Below, in pieces: positions 17,602 to 27,600 of a DNA stretch of 64,000 bases. The DNA is taken from positions 15,994-79,993 of IMG/VR virus record IMGVR_UViG_3300031951_000093; one strand, given 5' to 3'. The notes under the pieces were generated by a model that was not told where the DNA came from, made no database searches, and worked only from the letters and a program-made list of their open reading frames with translations. The first letter of the stretch is position 1. Each line of letters begins with the position of its first letter. The translations under genes and the position numbers were made by a program. Source of the DNA: a virus.

Positions 17602-18290
17602 AAGGCTTTTTCATCACCCTAGAAGGCATCGACGGATGCGGCAAGACCACACAACTCAAGTCACTGGCTGAATGGCTGCCCACAAGTGGCCTGATGCCCC
17701 CTGGTGCCGAGTTGATCACCACGCGAGAGCCAGGCGGCACGGAGTTGGGGATGTTATTGCGAGGGCTTTTGTTGAGCCCATTGAAGGGTCAGGAGCCGAG
17801 CCGTAGGGCTGAGCTATTGTTGTATATGGCCGATCGTGCTCAACACGTGGAAAGAGTGATCATGCCAGCACTAGGGGCTGGCCATTGGGTGTTATGCGAT
17901 CGTTTTAGCGCGTCAACAATTGCGTATCAGGGTTATGGAAGGGGGTGGCCGTTGAGTGATATTGAAAGGTTGAATCATTTTGCAACTACGGGTCTTAGGC
18001 CTGACCTAACCCTGTTGATAGATATTTCAGTAGATGAAGCACTAAAGCGTACAAAAAATAAGCAGCCGGATCGAATTGAAGCGGAAGGAAGAGAGTTTTT
18101 GAAGCGAGTGCGTCAAGGGTATGAAAAGCATAATGTCACAATGGTCTTTTATGATGCATACACAAACAGTGTAGATGCTTCTCGAAGTCAGACTTTATTC
18201 ATAAGAATAAACGGATTAGACTCTGTAGAATTGGTAACGCAAAAGTGTAAAGATGTGATTAGCGATCGTGTTCTGCAGTTAAAATCATGA
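17598..18290 (+). CDS. tmk: thymidylate (dTMP) kinase
   Basis: FITLEGIDGCGKTTQ, TREPGGT, LCDRFSASTIAYQGYGRG, PDLTL. Confidence 0.96.
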   Translation: MKGFFITLEGIDGCGKTTQLKSLAEWLPTSGLMPPGAELITTREPGGTELGMLLRGLLLSPLKGQEPSRRAELLLYMADRAQHVERVIMPALGAGHWVLCDRFSASTIAYQGYGRGWPLSDIERLNHFATTGLRPDLTLLIDISVDEALKRTKNKQPDRIEAEGREFLKRVRQGYEKHNVTMVFYDAYTNSVDASRSQTLFIRINGLDSVELVTQKCKDVISDRVLQLKS

Positions 18291-18577
18291 GCATGTGGAA
18301 TTTATCTCCAGGAGGAGGAATAGATATTGATCCCGAAGATCTTCGCAGCATCATTCAGGGTAAGTGTATGATCAGAAAGTGCCCTGATTGCAATGGTGAT
18401 GGTAATGTGTATTGGCATTACAAATCAGATGATGATGAAAATCCAAGGCAGGTAAGTCGTCAGTTTTTTGATGACTGGGAAAATAGAGACAATGACGAAG
18501 ACAATGGTCCATCTGTTGAAGAAGAATTATGCGAAACGTGTTGGGGTGTTGGGTATATTGCAGCGATTAAATCATGA
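18287..18577 (+). CDS. small zinc-finger protein (CPDCNGDG...CETCWGVG)
   Basis: DnaJ-like CxxCxGxG pair. Confidence 0.65.
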   Translation: MSMWNLSPGGGIDIDPEDLRSIIQGKCMIRKCPDCNGDGNVYWHYKSDDDENPRQVSRQFFDDWENRDNDEDNGPSVEEELCETCWGVGYIAAIKS

Positions 18578-18670
18578 AACCCGAAAGCCCGCATGGATCA
18601 AAGATGAAGAAATGTGGAGGCGTATCGTGGGATCTGCTAGGATTAAGCTTCCTTTTGAGACTGAGATTCA

Positions 18671-19594
18671 ATGAGCATTTCTGAAGATGTTGCTTTTTAT
18701 GATTTAATGGAAAGCAAGCGCAAGGCAAGCCTTACTTCACAGAATCTTATTGATCTTTTTGCAGAGCTTGAAGATTTTAAGGTTGTTGACGTTGCAGAAA
18801 TTGAACATTATTATAGGTATAGACTGCCGGAGACAACATCTGAAAACTACAAAAAAATCTTGGTGCGTCTTGCTCAAGAATATGTGCACGTCAAACTAGG
18901 ATTAATCACGGAGAAAGCGATTGAAATTGACAAAATTGACAAATTTGGCTACTCTATTGCGGTAGAATTTAATCCGCTTTTTTGGGTTCCTGAAGATTCT
19001 AATGATGTGATTAGAGTTCAAATAGAGTATAAGGAGATTTACATCAAACAGTTAAAGCGTAACCTAAAAAGTGCAGGTTATTTGATTCCAAATCTTGATT
19101 TTCAACCCTTGCAATCTCCCATGAAAGATCAACTTAATCCATCCTGCTGGGATGCACTTCAAAGCTTCCGTGATCTAAATGTAAATGCGCCGCTTGTTGA
19201 TTGTTTGCTTGATTTACGCAAGCAGATTGCAGAAAAAGATAAGCCTGTGAATAATTTTTACAAGCAGGATGCAATTGAAGACGAATTAGATCACACAATT
19301 ACCATTGATGGCGTTGTTTATTATAGCGCTGAGCATCATAAGCCCGTGAGCGGTGAGATGGTGATTGGGTTTACAAAGCCGTTTACTTCTTATGAAGCTA
19401 ACGATGACCGGCGTAACAATGGATTGCCTTCTTTCTTGCGCCCGATGCCTGAAATTACTTGGTATTCATCGGATAAATCCTGCTGGCTTGTTCCTTGCGG
19501 GTCAAGTTATCGTGAAGAAAATATAAAAGCGTGGACAAAACTGCCGCATCCTGAGAGAACTGAAGAGCTTTTTGATTTTATGGATAGGATCTGA
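18671..19594 (+). CDS. hypothetical multi-module protein
   Basis: 307-aa ORF. Confidence 0.7.
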   Translation: MSISEDVAFYDLMESKRKASLTSQNLIDLFAELEDFKVVDVAEIEHYYRYRLPETTSENYKKILVRLAQEYVHVKLGLITEKAIEIDKIDKFGYSIAVEFNPLFWVPEDSNDVIRVQIEYKEIYIKQLKRNLKSAGYLIPNLDFQPLQSPMKDQLNPSCWDALQSFRDLNVNAPLVDCLLDLRKQIAEKDKPVNNFYKQDAIEDELDHTITIDGVVYYSAEHHKPVSGEMVIGFTKPFTSYEANDDRRNNGLPSFLRPMPEITWYSSDKSCWLVPCGSSYREENIKAWTKLPHPERTEELFDFMDRI

Positions 19595-19597
19595 GCC

Positions 19598-19996
19598 ATG
19601 GGACTTGATCTTTCACATAATGCATTCTCAGGTAGTTATAGATCATTTAACAGCTTGCGTTCATTTGTTTGCGAAGCTGCTGGCGGCAGTTGGCCGCCTC
19701 ATTCTGATAAAAAGCTGGATCCTAAGCTTTGGTATATTGATGATGCGTTTAGCAAGGATACTCATCCTGGCCTTTGGGAGTTTTTGTCACATTCAGATAG
19801 CATGGGTGAAATCAGTCCATTGCTATGTGCATCATTAGCAAAAGACCTAGAAGAATTATTGCCGACCATGGTTAAAATGGACTCAATTGGTCTGGGTCAT
19901 ATTGCAAGAAATGGAGGATATGTTGCGACCGTAAATAAACTAATTATTGGATGTAAAGCCGCCGCCGCTATGGGCGAGCCTTTGCATTTTAAGTGA
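19598..19996 (+). CDS. hypothetical phage protein (MGLDLSH...FLSHSDSMGEI)
   Basis: ORF. Confidence 0.75.
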   Translation: MGLDLSHNAFSGSYRSFNSLRSFVCEAAGGSWPPHSDKKLDPKLWYIDDAFSKDTHPGLWEFLSHSDSMGEISPLLCASLAKDLEELLPTMVKMDSIGLGHIARNGGYVATVNKLIIGCKAAAAMGEPLHFK

Positions 19997-19998
19997 TT

Positions 19999-20085
19999 AC
20001 AACAGAATGTGAAGATTTTCCGCGAAAAGGGGCAGGTGGTGGCCTTGTGGGATAGGATGTGTTCATCGGGGGAGAGATCCTCCGC
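19999..20085 (+). promoter_or_regulatory. HLR1-like repeat, -10 and GAGA hairpin
   Basis: ACAACAGA-AT-GTGAAGAT, TAGGAT at 44 nt, CGGGGGA-GAGA-TCCTCCG. Confidence 0.6.
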
Positions 20086-20118
20086 CACCCTCAGCCGGTC
20101 TTGTAGCCGGATTTGTAT

Positions 20119-20430
20119 ATGACCAATGACAACATTAAATTGGTGTTTACAGACGAAGTTGGCGATAAAATTCTTGGCTTTACTGTTCGGAGTGACAACA
20201 ACTGCTCAATCATTTGCAAAACGATTGAGCAGTTGCAGGAAGTTGGCGCAACCGCTTGGGCAAACAGCGTTGAGCTGTTGATTTGGCTGAGTCGGACGCC
20301 AGAATTCTGGGGTGAGGCTGCTACCAGCGCTCGTTTTTTGGTATGGGATCAGAATGCAAAATTAGCGAGAGAAGTGACTGTTCCTCGCAAGGGTTGTGAA
20401 AGGCCTTTTGATAGGTGGGATTTGATCTAA
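20119..20430 (+). CDS. hypothetical protein (cassette gene)
   Basis: ORF between promoter and terminator at about 20446-20467. Confidence 0.7.
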   Translation: MTNDNIKLVFTDEVGDKILGFTVRSDNNCSIICKTIEQLQEVGATAWANSVELLIWLSRTPEFWGEAATSARFLVWDQNAKLAREVTVPRKGCERPFDRWDLI

Positions 20431-20485
20431 GCGATATAAGATCTCACCCCAGCCATGCTGGGGTTTTGCATGTTTTGATTCGATT

Positions 20486-20563
20486 ACAACAGATTGTTAC
20501 AGATCCCTCCAGTTGCCGGATGTGTGCCCTATAGTAAGTGCATCGAAGGCAGAGATGCTTTCT
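20486..20563 (+). promoter_or_regulatory. HLR1-like repeat, -10 and GAGA hairpin
   Basis: ACAACAGA-TT-GTTACAGA, TATAGT at 34 nt, GAAGGCA-GAGA-TGCTTTC. Confidence 0.8.
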
Positions 20564-20578
20564 CAACCCCAAAATCAA

Positions 20579-20779
20579 ATGACTAAAGTCACCCAATCCC
20601 GCGCCCAGACTGTTATCAATGATCTTTTAGCTGTGCTCGCCTCTGGCACTTGCGTCAATCGCGCCTTTGTTGTTCATCACTTTGCAGAAGCTGGCTACGC
20701 AGACCACTTAGCTACTCGCCACGCCGACGACATGATTGCCTTGCTGGAAGAGTTCTATCCAGGTATTTTTGCTAACTGA
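20579..20779 (+). CDS. small hypothetical protein (cassette gene)
   Basis: ORF MTKVTQSRAQ..., terminator at about 20803-20826. Confidence 0.7.
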   Translation: MTKVTQSRAQTVINDLLAVLASGTCVNRAFVVHHFAEAGYADHLATRHADDMIALLEEFYPGIFAN

Positions 20780-20842
20780 TCCCGGCTAATCGCCGTCTCA
20801 CTGCCCTTCAACCGAAGGGCTTTTTCATGTTTTAGTTTGATT

Positions 20843-20919
20843 GCAACAGTTTGTTACAAGCTGATTCCGCTCTGTGATGCGTGCCCTATAGTGAGTTCAT
20901 CGAGAGCAGAGATGCTTTC
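20843..20919 (+). promoter_or_regulatory. HLR1-like repeat, -10 and GAGA hairpin
   Basis: GCAACAGT-TT-GTTACAAG, TATAGT at 34 nt, GAGAGCA-GAGA-TGCTTTC. Confidence 0.8.
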
Positions 20920-20941
20920 TCAACCCCATGCCCCTCGCATC

Positions 20942-21157
20942 ATGGCTACTACCGAGTTTGCCACCGCTGCTGATTTTGCTAATTGGGCTAATCGCGCTAA
21001 GTCTATGACTTCAGCAGAGCTGCTTTACACAGTTAATGATTGCCAACGGGCTGCTAAGGCAATGCGTGGCTGGAATCCAGTCAAGGAAGGTTTTTATGTT
21101 GATCAGGCTTGCACTTACGGAATGGAGTTAACTCGCCGCCGCAGATCTGTTGCTTGA
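20942..21157 (+). CDS. small hypothetical protein (cassette gene)
   Basis: ORF MATTEFATAADF..., terminator at about 21192-21214. Confidence 0.75.
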   Translation: MATTEFATAADFANWANRAKSMTSAELLYTVNDCQRAAKAMRGWNPVKEGFYVDQACTYGMELTRRRRSVA

Positions 21158-21230
21158 TGCATGTGTGCAAGCAGTTGTTTTAGCCAATCACCCCCGGTCA
21201 TGCCGGGGTTTTTTATGCTTTGAAATAATT

Positions 21231-21310
21231 ACAACAGTTTGTTACGAGTTGGCGCCAGTGTCGTGGCTCGTGCTCTATGATGTTTGTATCGAAGGCAGAG
21301 ATGACCTTCG
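21231..21310 (+). promoter_or_regulatory. HLR1-like repeat, -10 and GAGA hairpin
   Basis: ACAACAGT-TT-GTTACGAG, TATGAT at 35 nt, CGAAGGCA-GAGA-TGaCCTTCG. Confidence 0.8.
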
Positions 21311-21337
21311 CCCATCACCCCACCGCAGCGGCAATCC

Positions 21338-21559
21338 GTGTCATTCATTCATTCCGAAGAAGTTCCAACTGTTGAGCAGGTGCTAGAAAACACCGCCATC
21401 GGCTGCGACATGCACAGTTGGGCATGTGAAGGCGGAAGCATTGAGATCAGCTCCGAAGATCTCCGCCCCCTGCTGGAATCCGCTTATGACTCAACCTGCC
21501 CTAATTGGATGGCATTTGTTGATACTGAAGAGCTTGAATCGGTCGGAAATCTGGCCTGA
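21338..21559 (+). CDS. small hypothetical protein, paralog of 611..790
   Basis: shared PTV..L...G...H.W and L.P.LE..YD...PNW motifs. Confidence 0.7.
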   Translation: MSFIHSEEVPTVEQVLENTAIGCDMHSWACEGGSIEISSEDLRPLLESAYDSTCPNWMAFVDTEELESVGNLA

Positions 21560-21861
21560 TCACATGACCTTTTCCGACCTAGCCTTTATCCTAGGACTTC
21601 ACATCACAATCATCCCCATCGCCATTCTCGTTAATGTCTTCCTCTCCAAGCAAGCCTCTTGATAATTACGAAAGGTGTCAAGGATTTGAATTAACATCAA
21701 ATGTTTTGCATCCTGATTGTTTGGATTGCCAGATTCGGCACAGAGAATCAATTGATCCAAGTCGGCAAAGCTTCTTTGTGGTTAGTCCAAGAGAATTCTT
21801 GAACAATCGTTGCCCCTATAGAGTTTGATCTGTTAAGATGGGTTAAAACGACTCACCGCTT

Positions 21862-24174
21862 GTGTCTGATTTTCCAGCATCTGCGCCCGCCGCCAATCCG
21901 GTTTTCTGCCGTACCTATAGTCGCAAGGGACCACAAGGTCGCGAGAGCTGGCAACATGTCGTAGAGCGTAATCTGAGCGGTCTGGCGAAGCTTGGTCGCC
22001 TTAATGATGATCAGGTTGCCCTATTGCGCAAGATGCAACTAGAGCAGAAAGCGCTACCTTCAGGCCGTTGGTTGTGGGTTGGCGGTACTGACTGGATTGA
22101 TAAGCCAGAAAATGTAAGCGGTGCATACAATTGTACGTCAACGGATCTAACCGATTGGCGTGCTTTTGCGTTGATGATGGATTTAGCGATGATGGGTAGT
22201 GGAACTGGCGCCATCATTGAGCCTCACATGGTTGATATGTTGCCGGTGATTCGGAATAGGTTGAATGTAGTTGTTACAGGTATATTTGGCCAAGCGTCTT
22301 CAGATCCACAAACTAGCGTTGAATATCACACTGTGTATCTTGATGAAGATTATACGCCAAGCATTGATGTATTAATTGAAGTTGGCGACAGCCGTAAGGG
22401 ATGGGTTGACGCTTACTACACAATGTTTGAACTTGCCAGTAATGCCTCCATTTCGGCTTTATATGGAGAAAATACCCAAGTTGCCGTAAGTGTTGATATA
22501 TCCAAGGTTCGTCCTTCTGGCTCGCCACTAAAAGGCTTCGGCGGCACAGCAAATCCAGTGAAGCTAAAGGATTTGTTTGTTAAAATGGCTGCGATTTTTA
22601 ACAAAGCTCAAGGCAGAAAACTTACATCAGTTGAGTGTTGTTTGCTTACGGATGAAGCGGCGTTAGTTGTAGTTGCCGGCAATGTGCGTCGTAGCGCTTC
22701 AATTAAACAATTCAGCGCAAATGATACCGAGGCAAGTATAGCAAAAGACAACCTATGGCAGCAAGATGAAGACGGCAACTGGCGCATTGATCCTGAGCGT
22801 GATGCTTTGCGCATGGCGAATCACACCCTAGTCTATCATAATTATCCAACAAGAGAAGAGATCGTAGATTCTGTCCGCAGGCAATACCTATCGGGTGAAG
22901 GTGCGATTATGTTTGCTCCTGAAGCTATTGCAAGATCAAATCGTGATATTTTGACCGATAGGCAGATGCAAATTGATTTTATCTCAGCTTATTGTGATCA
23001 CAAGCAAAGTGGTGCTGAGATGATTAAGCAGTTGGATCCTGATTGCGTGGAAGATAGTGATAAGCTAGAACATAGAATGGGCAGGTATGGGATTAACCCA
23101 TGCGGCGAAATTCAAGGTAAAAACTTTCACTGCAATCTAGCAGAAGTGCATCTAAACCAGCTATTACCATCCGATCGGCTGGGGCAACAATCAGCATTCA
23201 CCGCCGCTGCTTTATCTGTTGCGGCATTGTTACATCATAAGTTTCAGGAGCCACGTTATCAGTACAGCAGAGATCTTGATCCTATCGTTGGTGTAAGTTT
23301 CACGGGATTGTTTGACTTTTTTGTTGAGGCATTTGGTGTGCCATGGCTTGAATGGTGGACAGAGGGAAGGCCTAATAATTATGTGGGGATTGCATATAAA
23401 GAAGCTGAGGCGGCTTATTTAAGAGAATGGCGTGAAATTGTAGAAGATGCTGTTCGGAAGTATTGCGATGATCATGGGCTGAAGTGTCCTAATCGCATGA
23501 CGACATGTCAACCGGCCGGGACCAAGAGTCTTCTTACTGGTGCGTCACCAGGCTGGCATCCGCCGAAGGCGCAGCGCTTCATCCGTCGCATCACCTTCCG
23601 CAGGGATGATCCCGTGGCCCTGGCCTGCCTCGATTATGGCTACACCATTGTGCCTAGCCAGAGCGACAAGGATGAGCAGGGCCGCCTATTGGATGATCCC
23701 TTTGATCCGCGCTGTACCGAGTGGCTCGTGGAGATCCCCACGGAAGTGAGCTGGGCCAACCTGCCGGGAGCGGATCAGATCAGAATTGATCAATTCTCAG
23801 CCCTGGCTCAGTTTGACTTCTACATGCAAGTACAGACGCACTATACAAGGCATAACACATCTGCCACGATTGAGTTTAGGGAGCATGAAATTGAGCCCTT
23901 GGCTGATAAGATTCATGATGCAATCGTGAATCATAAAGGCTACATTTCCGCCGCTTTACTGGCTCGCTTTGATGCAAACGAAACATTCCCCCGCCTGCCT
24001 TTTGAACCGATCGACAAGGCAACATACGAGCGCCTTCATGAAGAAGTGTTACAACGTCGCAAAGGGGATGACTTTTTTGCGCTGCTTCAGGCCTATGATA
24101 GCGGGAGTTTAGTGGAGGCTGGCCCTGCAGGATGTGACTCGGATAAGTGCTTGCTGCCGCAGGCTAAAAAGTAA
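21862..24174 (+). CDS. nrdJ: class II (B12-dependent) ribonucleotide reductase, cyanobacterial type
   Basis: PSGRWLW, AYNC, GNVRRSA, INPCGEI, QPAGTKSLL, C-terminal CDSDKC. Confidence 0.95.
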   Translation: MSDFPASAPAANPVFCRTYSRKGPQGRESWQHVVERNLSGLAKLGRLNDDQVALLRKMQLEQKALPSGRWLWVGGTDWIDKPENVSGAYNCTSTDLTDWRAFALMMDLAMMGSGTGAIIEPHMVDMLPVIRNRLNVVVTGIFGQASSDPQTSVEYHTVYLDEDYTPSIDVLIEVGDSRKGWVDAYYTMFELASNASISALYGENTQVAVSVDISKVRPSGSPLKGFGGTANPVKLKDLFVKMAAIFNKAQGRKLTSVECCLLTDEAALVVVAGNVRRSASIKQFSANDTEASIAKDNLWQQDEDGNWRIDPERDALRMANHTLVYHNYPTREEIVDSVRRQYLSGEGAIMFAPEAIARSNRDILTDRQMQIDFISAYCDHKQSGAEMIKQLDPDCVEDSDKLEHRMGRYGINPCGEIQGKNFHCNLAEVHLNQLLPSDRLGQQSAFTAAALSVAALLHHKFQEPRYQYSRDLDPIVGVSFTGLFDFFVEAFGVPWLEWWTEGRPNNYVGIAYKEAEAAYLREWREIVEDAVRKYCDDHGLKCPNRMTTCQPAGTKSLLTGASPGWHPPKAQRFIRRITFRRDDPVALACLDYGYTIVPSQSDKDEQGRLLDDPFDPRCTEWLVEIPTEVSWANLPGADQIRIDQFSALAQFDFYMQVQTHYTRHNTSATIEFREHEIEPLADKIHDAIVNHKGYISAALLARFDANETFPRLPFEPIDKATYERLHEEVLQRRKGDDFFALLQAYDSGSLVEAGPAGCDSDKCLLPQAKK

Positions 24175-24182
24175 ACCATCGC

Positions 24183-24401
24183 ATGGAATTGTTGACCTAC
24201 AAAGCCCTGCAAATCCAAGCCGCACTAAGGCGCCAGAAAAACGATTGCGATCTTCAAATTCAAAAGCTATTAGCTATTTTGAAGTTAAAATCATTTAATG
24301 ATCTGGCGCCTAATTTACAAGATGATTTGCTCTGGAGCTTGAATGAGCTTAGGCGTAGATCTGGTGTGTTGACGCGAAGGACTGATAGGCTTTATAGTTG
24401 A
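24183..24401 (+). CDS. hypothetical protein
   Basis: ORF. Confidence 0.55.
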   Translation: MELLTYKALQIQAALRRQKNDCDLQIQKLLAILKLKSFNDLAPNLQDDLLWSLNELRRRSGVLTRRTDRLYS

Positions 24402-24461
24402 TTTTTGACTCACTCATTGTCGTTTTTGTTATGAACTCAAATTTAATCACGCGCGCCCCAA

Positions 24462-24878
24462 ATGACACACTTCACTGATTCTGATTTTGAGAGAATCAAA
24501 AATGCAATAAATTATACGCAGGCAACTGTTGAAAGCGGATGTGGACTTGTTCGCAAGCTTCACATAGGAAGACTTTACCAGAGTCAAAACTTTCTTAATC
24601 GGGCTCACAATTTAAGCGAAGACATGCTTGAAGAAATACAATCAGGCGACATGTTTCTTGCTCATGTGCAACTTAGTCACTTGTTAGAGTGCGTAGAGGG
24701 CTTTCTTTGTCTAGCAAGGCAACAGGAAGATGATAGAGATAGCGATGAGCATCCAGAGCCAGTAGAATGGGCAGATGTTGACGAAAGCTTTATTAAAGCA
24801 TGTAGCTATTGTTTTGCCAAAAGTTATGGCATTCTTGCTTGGTTGAAATTAGTGAGAGAATCGCTTAATGTGGCCTAA
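24462..24878 (+). CDS. hypothetical protein
   Basis: ORF. Confidence 0.65.
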   Translation: MTHFTDSDFERIKNAINYTQATVESGCGLVRKLHIGRLYQSQNFLNRAHNLSEDMLEEIQSGDMFLAHVQLSHLLECVEGFLCLARQQEDDRDSDEHPEPVEWADVDESFIKACSYCFAKSYGILAWLKLVRESLNVA

Positions 24879-25098
24879 GCAAACAGCGCTGATTTTATGA
24901 TTAATCCAGCAACCCTTAACCCTTGCCCCGGCATAGTCTACCTCGAAGAAGACTACATTTACGAAGAATGCGAAACCTGCCTCAGGCGAAAAGTATCTAA
25001 CGATTTGCCACCGATTGAGCCGCCATTGATTATTGCGATTTGGTGTGAATACGGTGTGCATGAATAGATGCTATCATGGGGCATCTGCGCTTTAAATC

Positions 25099-25374
25099 AT
25101 GACCATTAAGATTGGCAAAGAATCCTTTAAGGGGTATAACAAGCCAAAGCGGACTCCTGGGCATCCGAAGAAGAGCCATGCCGTAGCAGCTAGGGAGAAT
25201 GGCCAGGTTAAGCTGATTCGTTTTGGTCAGCAAGGTGTCAGCGGATCGCCCCCGAGCAAAAACGAAAGCAATGCTGACAAAAAGCGCCGCGCCAGTTTTC
25301 AGGCTCGTCATGCAAAAAATATAAAGAAAGGTAAAATGAGTGCTGCCTATTGGGCCAACAAGGTAAAGTGGTGA
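25099..25374 (+). CDS. small basic phage protein (DUF6321-like)
   Basis: NKPKRTPGHPKKSH, KLIRFGQQG, RRASFQARH, SAAYWANKVKW. Confidence 0.75.
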   Translation: MTIKIGKESFKGYNKPKRTPGHPKKSHAVAARENGQVKLIRFGQQGVSGSPPSKNESNADKKRRASFQARHAKNIKKGKMSAAYWANKVKW

Positions 25375-25757
25375 CGCCAAAAATCCCCGGCTGGGGCATT
25401 GCAAAGGCCATGATTATTGAGACACGTAAAGCGCCAGATGGACGCACGGAGGCTTGTATTTTGCCGCCAGAACATGAAGCACCTTTTTGGGTGGATTTGC
25501 AGCAGATTGCGCAGTTTAGGGGGAGGTTCATATATGATGAGAAGGCATCTTTGGCTCAGGAGCCTGGCGACGATGATTCCAGCAAGGATTCAAATTAAGG
25601 ATGGGGTTGTTCATAGAATGGATGAATTTATTTTATCGCTTGATATGCAGACGCCATGGGTTCGAGAAGTGTTTACTAAAGATCAGCTTGAATACTGCCG
25701 CATCACCAGAAAAGCCAGAGCAAAGAACAAGTCAATTCGCCCTAGGTTGATTGGAGG

Positions 25758-26030
25758 TTGATTATAGTGAGCCAAACAGGATGGAATCAACTTACTCAAG
25801 AGTGTCCAGAAATTTTGCAGCTAATGGCTGAACTTCCATTGCACATGAGACCTGGCATGATAAACGCTGTTTATGATGCAAAAAGAGGTGTCGAATTAAA
25901 TGCGCTATCTGATTGGCTTGTAAATTGGCTGTGTTTTTGCAATGCTCGCGACACAGAGTTATGCGCCAATGTTTACTCTCTTCTTGAGAAACTAGGAAAA
26001 GTATCTTCAACATGGCGCATTAAGAATTGA
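25758..26030 (+). CDS. hypothetical protein
   Basis: GGAGG SD, coupled ORF. Confidence 0.6.
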   Translation: MIIVSQTGWNQLTQECPEILQLMAELPLHMRPGMINAVYDAKRGVELNALSDWLVNWLCFCNARDTELCANVYSLLEKLGKVSSTWRIKN

Positions 26031-26032
26031 TC

Positions 26033-26728
26033 ATGGAAAATCTTTATGAAATGATTAAAGCCCTGGAGGCCAGGGTAGAAGAGCTGGAGTCTGCAAAAAG
26101 ATTTGTAACAACTGCTTCGAAGGATCCGCATCCTGGCGACAATGGCAATGCCCCCAATCGACTGGCTTTTATGAAGGATGAATTTCTTCCAGACCTTCCC
26201 AAGCCTTTTCCCGCCAATCTCAATGATCTCTACGACCCGACCTTCAGCGACGGATTGAGCCCGTCTGAGCACCTGGACCGCCTTTATGGCCACCGTGCGG
26301 CTCCACCGCACCCGGCAGAGGATCCAACCGACGACGAACTGTTGCGCGCCTATGACACCGCCAAGCGCAAGGACTACTACGAGGGCCTTCCCGGTGAAGG
26401 CTGGCACTGGCGAGGCGAAAAGGAGGCAACTGTCTGCGGCCTTCGCGCGGTGATCGCCCGCTATGGCCGCCCTGCCCTTGAGCCCGTCACAAAAGGCAAC
26501 AGACCAATCTCAAAGATTAGTTCAATCTCAGAGATCAGGTCCTTCTATAACGAGGATGGCGAATGCTGGTGCTTTGAAAGGGCTGACGGGGAGTGGGATG
26601 TTCCAGCTTCCTGGCACTTACGCGTGCCATACCACGCTGATGAGTATTTTCTGCCGCATTATTATTTCCCGGTGCCAGGCAGCCATTCTCCTGACGCCAC
26701 GAAAATGGCTGGGGAGGTGCAGCCATGA
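26033..26728 (+). CDS. hypothetical modular protein
   Basis: ORF; shares C-terminal motifs with next gene. Confidence 0.7.
   Translation: MENLYEMIKALEARVEELESAKRFVTTASKDPHPGDNGNAPNRLAFMKDEFLPDLPKPFPANLNDLYDPTFSDGLSPSEHLDRLYGHRAAPPHPAEDPTDDELLRAYDTAKRKDYYEGLPGEGWHWRGEKEATVCGLRAVIARYGRPALEPVTKGNRPISKISSISEIRSFYNEDGECWCFERADGEWDVPASWHLRVPYHADEYFLPHYYFPVPGSHSPDATKMAGEVQP
26675..26715. repeat. 41-bp direct repeat with internal palindrome (copy 2 at 27166..27206)
   Basis: CCAGGCARCCATTCTCCYGACGCCACGAAAATGGCTGGGGA, 39/41 identical. Confidence 0.9.
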
Positions 26729-27228
26729 GCAACGCCACCAAACGCTGGCCCCTTGCCGACGCCGAGCACATCGCCGTCGGCAGCGAGCAACTGGGCGCCA
26801 TTGCCGGCCCCGTGATGCAAGCGCCAATCCGTGAAGAGCTGAGGGCATTTGTCCACAGCCTGGAGCCATGGGCGACATGGTTAAAACCTGGCTCCTTGAT
26901 TGAGGATATTGACCGCGATCTGGTCGATTTGATGATGGCCGCGTTGCAGCGGTTTGGCCGCCCCGCCTTCCATCCCATCCCGGTCTCCGAGCGGCTGCCG
27001 GGGCCTGATGATTGCTGCCCCAACCCTCGCAATGGCCAAGGGCAATGGTGTTGGGGATGGGTGCAGCATGACCCGATCCTCTACGGCGGCCGTTGGCGAA
27101 TGATGTGCCGCGAATGGCTCCTTGATGAGGCCCTGGCGTGGGCTCCATGGTGGGCGTTCCCTATACCAGGCAACCATTCTCCCGACGCCACGAAAATGGC
27201 TGGGGAAAACCACACACCACAAAGCTAG
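26725..27228 (+). CDS. hypothetical protein (PIPVSERLP...W-rich module)
   Basis: ATGA-coupled ORF. Confidence 0.7.
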   Translation: MSNATKRWPLADAEHIAVGSEQLGAIAGPVMQAPIREELRAFVHSLEPWATWLKPGSLIEDIDRDLVDLMMAALQRFGRPAFHPIPVSERLPGPDDCCPNPRNGQGQWCWGWVQHDPILYGGRWRMMCREWLLDEALAWAPWWAFPIPGNHSPDATKMAGENHTPQS

Positions 27229-27237
27229 GAGGATCAC

Positions 27238-27600
27238 ATGACTGATTTTGAAGCGCAAGTGAAGGCCGCCGCCGAAAAGGCGGTGCTGCATTTCATCGAA
27301 AGCGGCGGATGGCTGCTGCCTAATTACCAAGGGCGGCTGAAGGTGCCCGAGGAGTGGATGGCCGAGTGTTGGAAGCTTGTGGACGCCGACAAAGTGCGCA
27401 CCCAGATAGCCCCGCTCGTAGAGCGCCTGAGCGCTGCGCATGGTGTCGCGGGCGGAGAGACGCAGCTTGCGGTTGGCCTCCTGCTGCAGGGTGCTGGTGG
27501 TGAACGGAGGCACCGGGAAAGGCTTCGGGCGCTGGTGCGGGATCACATGGATTCCATAATGAAGGCCGGCCCCATGGCTAAACCGGAGGGCCAATCATGA
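27238..27600 (+). CDS. hypothetical protein carrying an antisense topA fragment
   Basis: AGGAGG SD, ATGA coupling. Confidence 0.65.
   Translation: MTDFEAQVKAAAEKAVLHFIESGGWLLPNYQGRLKVPEEWMAECWKLVDADKVRTQIAPLVERLSAAHGVAGGETQLAVGLLLQGAGGERRHRERLRALVRDHMDSIMKAGPMAKPEGQS
27406..27516 (-). pseudogene. topA: 111-bp fragment of type IA DNA topoisomerase I
   Basis: [37 protein letters not shown]; high GC3. Confidence 0.88.

Noticed and set aside
20440-21340. CRISPR array or integron attC sites
   Set aside because: The repeated parts are terminator, promoter and leader elements separated by whole genes; no constant repeat-spacer period and no cas or intI.
21862-24174. Intein or intron in nrdJ (also checked terL)
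   Set aside because: Lengths are ordinary and no Hint blocks were recognised.
26881-27594. 237-aa minus ORF as a topoisomerase gene
   Set aside because: Only 37 residues match TopA; the rest is antisense to coupled plus-strand genes.
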